A DNA stretch of 55,533 nucleotides, the filler included, from Armatimonadota bacterium (GTDB lineage Bacteria; Armatimonadota; Fimbriimonadia; Fimbriimonadales; Fimbriimonadaceae), in the NCBI GenBank assembly GCA_031400935.1. It is 5 parts of 5 records of this genome, joined end to end, with 100 filler letters (N's around TTAATTAATTAA, not from the genome) between each part and the next. Parts side by side here need not be neighbours in the genome. Positions count along the whole stretch, not along the records: positions 45,770 to 52,511 come from JANNQV010000057.1; positions 52,612 to 55,533 come from JANNQV010000064.1; 3 more parts are not named here. One strand, 5' to 3'. A model generated the notes under the pieces. That model saw only the letters and a list, made by a program, of their open reading frames with translations, was not told the DNA's origin and ran no database searches. Below are positions 48,987 through 55,533 of the stretch, in pieces (the first letter of the stretch is position 1; each line of letters begins with the position of its first letter). The position numbers and the translations under genes were made by a program.

Positions 48987-49154
48987 ATGGCAAAGTTGAT
49001 CAAAGCCAACAAACACCTCTCTAACTCCGCCAAGAGGCAGAAGATGGTCGTGCGGAGCGTAATCTCGACTTCAGCATGTGAAGGAATCATCCTTACAGAA
49101 GCAAAGCTCAAGAATCGCTCAGTGAGGCTTCAACAAGCTCCATCAACGAAGTAA
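48987..49154 (+). CDS. small protein with the Fic-inhibitory (S/T)xxxEG motif (VbhA-like)
   Basis: RSVISTSACEGI; TACAAT ends 7 nt before ATG. Confidence 0.55.
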   Translation: MAKLIKANKHLSNSAKRQKMVVRSVISTSACEGIILTEAKLKNRSVRLQQAPSTK

Positions 49155-49430
49155 GGTCGCTATTCACGATTCATGAATGGTGAACGACCGTTACTCCGCC
49201 ACCGTTAGTAATTCAAATTGATTCAATCGTTGCTAGTGTTACAGCTTCAGTCGAAAGTGTCAATCAATTTGATTAGCTTGACACTGGTGTCGGACAAATG
49301 AATTTGTTATACACTTTTTGTGATTGTTGTATATCTAGCACATTTGTGTTACACATGATAGAAACAAAAATCCTTGTACTACACTAACGTAACAAACTGT
49401 CAAACAACACCACCGCAAAATCACAAGTGT

Positions 49431-50516
49431 CTATTCGACCAGTTTGAGAAGTGCTTCGAACCTGAACATTGATGGTCTTTGGCCAGCCCCAGGGCGTTCT
49501 TGAAGAAATCCATTATCAACCATGGCAACGAGAATTCTGCGAGCCGTTTGGTATTCAATACCAGACTGCACGGCAAGTTGATTCACGGTTATGATCGGCC
49601 TCTCCATCAGAACATCTAGTGCCCTCACTGCAAATTGCGAATTCGTTGCACTCTCGAACTGACGTTTGGCCTTCTCGTAGAATGCGAGTATCCGATTGGC
49701 ACGCTCCATATTCAAGCTTGCTTGCTCAGCAACAATTGACAAGAAAAAGGAAACCCAACCCTGCCAATCGCCGCGATTTGTGATGTCTCTTAGCCGGTCA
49801 ACATATTCGTTCCGCGAATTCTCCAAGGCTTCGGAAACGTAAAACGATGGCGAGCTCAAAAGCCCCCTCTTAAAGAGAAACAGAGGGATAAGCAATCTAC
49901 CAACCCTTCCATTGCCATCCTCAAATGGGTGAATAATCTCAAATTGGGCATGAATGATCGCTACTTGTACGAGAGGATCGACATCCTCATGTTCGAAATA
50001 CTTTTCCAGATTCAACAGGCATCCTTGCAGAAGCAGAGGATCTGGAGGGATAAATCTGGCATTTTCAATTCCTGGCCCATCCGATTGAATGAAATTCTGG
50101 GATGTTCGAAACGATCCTGGGCTCTTTTCTCGCCCGCGGACAGAATCAAGCAACGTTTCGTGTATCTGTCGAATCAAGTGAAGAGAAATGGCGCGTTCCT
50201 GCAAAAATTCCGATGCGAGAATTATAGCTCTACGATAATTTCTGACCTCTTGTAAATCGTTGTCAAGCACTCCTGATTGATCTATAGCATCCGAAGCAAA
50301 GACTTCTTCAGTAGTGGTTGCAGTTCCCTCAATCCGCCCTGAAAGCACTGCTTCTTTGACCTGAAGTGGAGAAAGAAACAACATCGGGTTACTTAGTGTC
50401 TGTAGAAGTCGGTCGTATTCACCAATTGATCGATGTGCTGGCCCAATCTGACGAACCAATTCGTCCCATCGAAGCGAAGTAAGGGGGAGGTCATCAGGCA
50501 CAAATGGTTGCAACAT
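49431..50516 (-). CDS. Fic family protein (class II, N-terminal inhibitory helix, C-terminal HTH)
   Basis: SGRIEG; HPFEDGNGRVGR. Confidence 0.93.
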   Translation of the reverse strand: MLQPFVPDDLPLTSLRWDELVRQIGPAHRSIGEYDRLLQTLSNPMLFLSPLQVKEAVLSGRIEGTATTTEEVFASDAIDQSGVLDNDLQEVRNYRRAIILASEFLQERAISLHLIRQIHETLLDSVRGREKSPGSFRTSQNFIQSDGPGIENARFIPPDPLLLQGCLLNLEKYFEHEDVDPLVQVAIIHAQFEIIHPFEDGNGRVGRLLIPLFLFKRGLLSSPSFYVSEALENSRNEYVDRLRDITNRGDWQGWVSFFLSIVAEQASLNMERANRILAFYEKAKRQFESATNSQFAVRALDVLMERPIITVNQLAVQSGIEYQTARRILVAMVDNGFLQERPGAGQRPSMFRFEALLKLVE

Positions 50517-50522
50517 TCTCTA

Positions 50523-50561
50523 ATTAGATTGACACATAATACATCAAACTGTCAATCTAAT
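50523..50561. promoter_or_regulatory. perfect 12-bp inverted repeat between lepA and fic
   Basis: ATTAGATTGACA-N15-TGTCAATCTAAT. Confidence 0.55.
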
Positions 50562-50564
50562 CCC

Positions 50565-52361
50565 CTACTCAGCCACCTTCAGCACGCTCAAAAACGCCTC
50601 TTGCGGGAGTTCGATCGTCCCGATCTGCTTCATGCGCTTTTTGCCTTCTTTCTGCTTTTCTAAGAGCTTGCGCTTTCGTGTGATGTCGCCACCGTAGCAC
50701 TTGGCAATGACGTTTTTGCGGAAAGGTTTGATTGAATCGGCCGCGATGACTTTGGCTCCAATTGCCGCCTGAACCCTGACCTCAAACTGCTGCCTGGGGA
50801 CGACTTTTCGAAGCTGTTCCACCATTGCCCGGCCGCGATTGTAAGAAAACGACTTGTGAACGATAAAGCTGAGCGCATCCACGATGTCGCCGTTGAGCAT
50901 GATATCGAGCTTCACCAAGTCGGCAGGCTGGTAGCCGGCCACGTCGTAATCGAGCGATGCATAGCCCCGGGTTGAGCTCTTCAGCTTGTCAAAAAAGTCG
51001 AGAAGAATCTCGCCAAGAGGCAAAACATAATGCAGGATCACTCGCTGAGGCGTTGGGTATTCGGTCTTCTTATAGGTTCCGCGCCTCTCCTGGCAAAGGG
51101 TCATCACCGCGCCGACATATTCGTTAGGGACCATGATGGTCGCGCTGACAATCGGCTCATCAATCGAGGCGATTTCGTTCGCATCGGGAAACAGCGAAGG
51201 GTTGCTGCAGTGGATCTTTTCGCCCGTTTTAAGGTTGACCAAATAGTCTACGCTTGGGGCGGTGAGGATGAGGTCCAGATTGAACTCTCTTTCCAATCGC
51301 TCTCGCGCAATCTCCATGTGCAATAGACCTAAAAACCCGCACCGAAAGCCGAATCCCAATGCGGCGGAAGTTTCCGGCGTAAAATGCAGCGCAGCATCAT
51401 TTAGCTTGAGCCGATCAATAGCATCTCGAAGGTCGTCATATTGGTCGCCATCGGTAGGGTACAGCCCGCAAAACACCATACTGAGCGCCTTTCGGTAGCC
51501 CGGGAGGGGTTCTGTGGCACTATGTTCGGCGTTGGTAACGGTGTCGCCAACTTGTGCATCGCCAATGGCTTTCATCGCAGCCGTAATGAATCCAACTTCG
51601 CCAGTGCCGAGCGAATCGCAGACTTCTAGCGCGGGCCGAAAAACGCCAACCGAATCCACATCGAAAGTGGAGCCCGTAGACATCATTTTGATCTTGTCGC
51701 CCTTCTTGATTGCGCCGTCTTTCACCCGGCAATAGGCGATAGCACCTTGATAGCTGTCGAAGTGCGAATCGTAGATGAGCGCCCTCAGTGGACCGGCCGC
51801 CTTGCCTTTGGGCGAAGGAATTCTCGCAACAATCGCTTCCAAAACGTCATCGATCCCGATGCCAGACTTTGCTGAGCATGGTATGGCGTCACTTGCATCA
51901 ATCGCGACCGCGCTTTCGATTTCTTCTCGGGCTCGTTCGATGTCGGCATGAGGCAGATCAATTTTGTTGATGATCGGCACGATTTCCAGGTTATGGTTCA
52001 TCGCCATTCCTGCGTTGGCAATAGTTTGCGCCTCAACACCTTGGCTTGCATCAACTACCAAGAGTGCGCCTTCGCATGCCATGAGCGCTCGCGAAACTTC
52101 GTATGTAAAGTCCACATGGCCGGGGGTGTCGATTAGGTTGAGTTCGTATTCCTGGCCGTTTTTGGCAACGTAATCGAGCTTGACCGCCGCCATTTTGATC
52201 GTGATTCCGCGCTCGCGTTCTAGGTCCATCGAATCGAGCATTTGCTCTTTGGCTGTTCCGCGAATAGCTCCGCAGCGCTCTATCAACCTATCGGCAAGGG
52301 TCGATTTGCCGTGGTCGATATGCGCAATGATGCAGAAATTGCGGATGTGGGAAAGGTCCAT
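50565..52361 (-). CDS. lepA: elongation factor 4
   Basis: [53 protein letters not shown]. Confidence 0.98.
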   Translation of the reverse strand: MDLSHIRNFCIIAHIDHGKSTLADRLIERCGAIRGTAKEQMLDSMDLERERGITIKMAAVKLDYVAKNGQEYELNLIDTPGHVDFTYEVSRALMACEGALLVVDASQGVEAQTIANAGMAMNHNLEIVPIINKIDLPHADIERAREEIESAVAIDASDAIPCSAKSGIGIDDVLEAIVARIPSPKGKAAGPLRALIYDSHFDSYQGAIAYCRVKDGAIKKGDKIKMMSTGSTFDVDSVGVFRPALEVCDSLGTGEVGFITAAMKAIGDAQVGDTVTNAEHSATEPLPGYRKALSMVFCGLYPTDGDQYDDLRDAIDRLKLNDAALHFTPETSAALGFGFRCGFLGLLHMEIARERLEREFNLDLILTAPSVDYLVNLKTGEKIHCSNPSLFPDANEIASIDEPIVSATIMVPNEYVGAVMTLCQERRGTYKKTEYPTPQRVILHYVLPLGEILLDFFDKLKSSTRGYASLDYDVAGYQPADLVKLDIMLNGDIVDALSFIVHKSFSYNRGRAMVEQLRKVVPRQQFEVRVQAAIGAKVIAADSIKPFRKNVIAKCYGGDITRKRKLLEKQKEGKKRMKQIGTIELPQEAFLSVLKVAE

Positions 52362-52511
52362 GGGTTCGCGGGGTGGGGACTGAGTGTACCGTGCAGTTCA
52401 CCCACCATCCCCAACCTCTTCCTCCCAAGGGAGGAATGGGCTTTCGGAGACTATGAGAACTTCAGACTGATCCCGCGATTCTGAATCTCTTGGACAAACT
52501 TGGTGCCTGTC

Positions 52512-52611
52512 NNNNNNNNNNNNNNNNNNNNNNNNNNNNNNNNNNNNNNNNNNNNTTAATTAATTAANNNNNNNNNNNNNNNNNNNNNNNNNNNNNNNNN
52601 NNNNNNNNNNN
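52512..52611. other. artificial contig linker
   Basis: N-run, TTAATTAATTAA, N-run. Confidence 0.98.
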
Positions 52612-52881
52612 ATGGAAGGCTGGGCGATGAAGCCTCCTGTAGTGAAGACTACAAGAGGGATTCACAGATTTGTTTGGGATATGCGAGTCGCACCCCCTGC
52701 AGGCGGTGGCGGACGAGGCGGCGGGCTTCCCATTTCGGCGGTTTGGGGAAGAACGCCGTATTCCACGCTAGGGGCAATGTTGACTGCGGGAACCTACGTT
52801 GTTCGTCTGACCGCTGCGTTTGAAGGCAACGTTTTTACTTTAGAAGCCAAAGTCGTTCTGAATAACGATCCGAGGAAGTAG
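52612..52881 (+). CDS. 3' fragment of a large secreted BNR/glycosyl-hydrolase-like protein
   Basis: GIHRFVWDMR...GTYVVRLT...NDPR pattern; frame open from the contig start. Confidence 0.6.
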   Translation: MEGWAMKPPVVKTTRGIHRFVWDMRVAPPAGGGGRGGGLPISAVWGRTPYSTLGAMLTAGTYVVRLTAAFEGNVFTLEAKVVLNNDPRK

Positions 52882-52944
52882 GGGAGCTGTTAGTTGTTGG
52901 TTGTTGGTTTGCGGTTTGAGACTTGAATGGCTGCAGTTTAGATT

Positions 52945-53057
52945 CGTTGCGAACCGTTGCGACCGTTGCGTGAGATTCCGAGCAAGCTTGATTCACGGTG
53001 AGGACGCGGAAGAACGCGGACTCAAACTGCGCATCTCTGCGGCCACTGCGTGAAATT
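52945..53057. repeat. palindromic intergenic repeat
   Basis: CGTTGCG units, GCGTGAGA, TTCACG...GCGTGAAA; related to 20643-20712. Confidence 0.55.
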
Positions 53058-53132
53058 TCTAAGATTTCCGTTCATACGATATCGCTATATGAACGTCGGC
53101 AGCAGTCGCGAACGAAGCCCAAGAGAATCGAA

Positions 53133-53810
53133 TCATCGAGAAAGTTTAATTTCAGCCCAACTCCGAAACTGCTCGACTGCAATCGAAGGAATCTGCCAAT
53201 TCGCAAGAGGTTTGTTATGACTTCGAAGTTGCAAGATTGTGTTGGAATTAGGTTCTTCAGAACTCAATGTTTGGCACGGCCCTGGAGTCTTTACTAGATC
53301 GCCGATTTTTTGGATTCTCGGCCTACCTTCGATAAATCCGACAGGGATGCGATCCTTCAGTCGCTTCAACACAACGCTAAACAAAATAACTGTCTCAGAC
53401 GATTCAATTAGTGATTTGGGGCCAAGCAGTATTCTTTCGTCGCCACTTAGGGAGGGGCACTTTGAGTTCAAAATGTACTGAAACTTGATGTCCTCATATC
53501 CAATGGTCTTGCGCAATTCGCACGCTGGGCTCCGAAAGCACTCTTTTCGTTTTGCCTGCGGGTTTGGAAAATATTGGCTAAGAGGGTTTACGCCGAATTC
53601 AAGCGGATTGGTGATCGGAAATCGGTCATTGTTGTCGCTGGCGTACATGTTGCAAGCTGATTGGTAAGTGCTGAGAGTGGATGGCATCATAGGGCCCATG
53701 TGTTCGTGAGCTCTCGCAAATACCGGAAACAAGATTGCTGCCAAGATAACGAGAATTGCAATGATTGCAACCAATTCCAGAAGCGTAAATCCCAGGCTTG
53801 ACTTCCTCAT
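53133..53810 (-). CDS. prepilin-type N-terminal cleavage domain protein (DUF1559/H-X9-DG-like)
   Basis: GFTLLELVAIIAILVILAAILFPVFARA; MYASDN. Confidence 0.8.
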   Translation of the reverse strand: MRKSSLGFTLLELVAIIAILVILAAILFPVFARAHEHMGPMMPSTLSTYQSACNMYASDNNDRFPITNPLEFGVNPLSQYFPNPQAKRKECFRSPACELRKTIGYEDIKFQYILNSKCPSLSGDERILLGPKSLIESSETVILFSVVLKRLKDRIPVGFIEGRPRIQKIGDLVKTPGPCQTLSSEEPNSNTILQLRSHNKPLANWQIPSIAVEQFRSWAEIKLSR

Positions 53811-54487
53811 TTTTTCTGCTCCCTCGCCCATTTTGCATATTTCGCGACTTCATCGTTCAACACCGACCATTGCTTAGGCGTCTCTGTGTATTCTGGAAGA
53901 GCGAAAAGAAGTTGATCCGAGGTCAAAATGGTATCTCCAAGTCCATATTGAGGAGGCAGAACGGCCTTCAGTCTTGTCCGATCCAGCTTTTTCACATATC
54001 CATCGGCGAAGGACGTAACGATGATTTCTTTGCCTTCTTTGTCATTAACATTGCCTGTCATTACAATCGTCATTGTGGGTTCAGTGAGCTTTGAAAACGG
54101 CCCCAAAATCAGGCGAGTGGATACGTAGCCGCCACAAGACTGCTTTTGGAGCACGTATTGGAACCGAAAGTCGGAGGTGCCTGGCTTGCGCTTTCCTTCA
54201 TGCGGCGGATCGGGGATATCGTGGTCATCAGAGTTCTTGATGTACGGGTCAAGCGGATCAATTCCGAACTCGAATGGATGGACGAAGGGCGGCAGGTCGT
54301 CGTAGTCCGAAGCATACATAATCAGCCCAAGAGTAATCTGTTTTGCGCTTGAAACCGTGCGAGTAATCGGAGCAACAGCTCCACAATGCAAATGCACTGG
54401 AAAGAGGATGGCAATCAGCATTGCTCCGATGAGAGCCATAAGCAAGAGATGAAACAAGTTGATTTTTCCCTGTTTTGTTTGGTTCAT
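53807..54487 (-). CDS. DUF1559/H-X9-DG-like paralog
   Basis: AILFPV, SSAKQITLGLIMYASDYDD, FADG. Confidence 0.8.
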   Translation of the reverse strand: MNQTKQGKINLFHLLLMALIGAMLIAILFPVHLHCGAVAPITRTVSSAKQITLGLIMYASDYDDLPPFVHPFEFGIDPLDPYIKNSDDHDIPDPPHEGKRKPGTSDFRFQYVLQKQSCGGYVSTRLILGPFSKLTEPTMTIVMTGNVNDKEGKEIIVTSFADGYVKKLDRTRLKAVLPPQYGLGDTILTSDQLLFALPEYTETPKQWSVLNDEVAKYAKWAREQKK

Positions 54488-55155
54488 TTTTTGCCCCCTC
54501 TCGCCGCCATTGCGACTGCTTCATAAGGCACCGCCCAAAATTGAGTAGGAGATTTATCATCGGGATGAACATAAAGCAGTTCGTCCAGTCGAAGCGGAGT
54601 TGGAAAATCGCCATATGGAGGCATTGTAGTTCCTAGTTTCGACTTTTCGAACGGTCTCACGTGTCCATCAACATAGGCTGAAATTATGAGTAGACCATCC
54701 CCATTCAATTGAACACTCGTTAAGTTGATCACTTGCTCTGGATTCTCAATCGCAGAAATTGGCCCAAGGATCAAGCGGGCATCGCGTCCATCAACTAAAC
54801 ATTTGGGGTTGAGGACATATTGAAATCGGTGCTGCGTCGTATTTGGAGCGCGGTTCGATTTGTTTGGTGGAAATGGGTTGCTATGTAACTCGCTTCTCTT
54901 ATGATAAGCCTCTATCGGGTCTATACCAAATTCATAGGGATGGACGATTGGGTATTTGTCGTTCCAGTCCTCAGAATAGAAGATCATGCTTAACTCTAGT
55001 TGTTTCAAGTTTGAAATGGCCGAGGTTTGGTGGGTGTGGTATTGTCCGCCAAATACCTCAAACAAAAAATTGAACCCAACAACACCGATCAGCGCCAAAA
55101 TCGGCACCCAAATGAAAGAAGTTTTCAGATTCCACCGTGAATTCCGCTCTTTCAC
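54484..55155 (-). CDS. DUF1559/H-X9-DG-like paralog
   Basis: SNLKQLELSMIFYSEDWND, YVDGHV. Confidence 0.8.
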   Translation of the reverse strand: MKERNSRWNLKTSFIWVPILALIGVVGFNFLFEVFGGQYHTHQTSAISNLKQLELSMIFYSEDWNDKYPIVHPYEFGIDPIEAYHKRSELHSNPFPPNKSNRAPNTTQHRFQYVLNPKCLVDGRDARLILGPISAIENPEQVINLTSVQLNGDGLLIISAYVDGHVRPFEKSKLGTTMPPYGDFPTPLRLDELLYVHPDDKSPTQFWAVPYEAVAMAARGGKK

Positions 55156-55248
55156 CCCATCAGCCCTATTCTACGACATATGGTCGATTTCATCACCTGA
55201 ATTCTCTTACCTCGAACTTGTAGAGATAAAACGGGCTAAACTTCCCCG

Positions 55249-55533
55249 ATGCACCAAGCCGCCAAGCCCCAATCGCTTTGGAGCGTGATTTACGCCTCCT
55301 CTGCAGGAACGCTGATCGAGTGGTACGACTTTTACATTTTTGGCTCACTGGCCACCGTGCTCGCCAGTCAATTCTTTCCAAAAGGCAACGAAGGGCTTGG
55401 GCTCATCGTAACGCTCGCAACTTTTGCAACAGGATTCATCGTGCGCCCATTTGGCGCGATCTTCTTCGGACGAATGGGCGACTTGGTCGGAAGAAAGCAC
55501 ACGTTTATGCTCACATTGCTCATGATGGGGCTT
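55249..55533 (+). CDS. 5' part of the MHS-family MFS transporter
   Basis: MHQAAKPQSLWSVIYASSAGTLIEWYDF...; the last 141 nt are the reverse complement of 45529-45669. Confidence 0.9.
   Translation, partial: MHQAAKPQSLWSVIYASSAGTLIEWYDFYIFGSLATVLASQFFPKGNEGLGLIVTLATFATGFIVRPFGAIFFGRMGDLVGRKHTFMLTLLMMGL

Noticed and set aside
53133..55155. Diversity-generating retroelement among the paralogs
   Set aside because: No reverse transcriptase and no near-identical TR/VR pair with adenine-specific differences

Overview
The window is five assembly contigs joined by 100-nt N/TTAATTAATTAA linkers (8381-8480, 39094-39193, 45670-45769, 52512-52611). The source is most likely an Armatimonadota (Fimbriimonadia-like) draft genome or MAG, inferred from the 16S fragment, a VPEPATMAALGLG-type PEP-CTERM protein and prepilin/H-X9-DG-like proteins. 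Core content: dnaN, the 3' part of 16S rRNA, tmRNA, scoB, rpsF with a probable S6:S18 leader, rbsK, selB, a lipB-rnhB-yraN-hisN-yqgF-mltG run, the 3' end of cysS and lepA. Small accessory or defence islets sit downstream of core genes: a Mrr-like nuclease and HTH protein after dnaN; a frameshifted SAM methyltransferase coupled to an AlkB dioxygenase after a 16S gene that ends in its own terminator; SIR2 plus an MmeI-like type IIL R-M enzyme after an orphan purB 3' fragment; and hipBA, a C-protein/nuclease pair and a Fic gene between cysS and lepA, with Fic bracketed by a 74-bp duplication of the lepA 3' end. No integrase or transposase is visible. Intergenic DNA carries several REP-like and 7-/9-mer tandem repeat families, and many genes look leaderless. 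The ends of contig 5 and contig 3 overlap by 141 nt and together give one MFS transporter gene. All protein family calls come from motif recognition by eye, not database searches.
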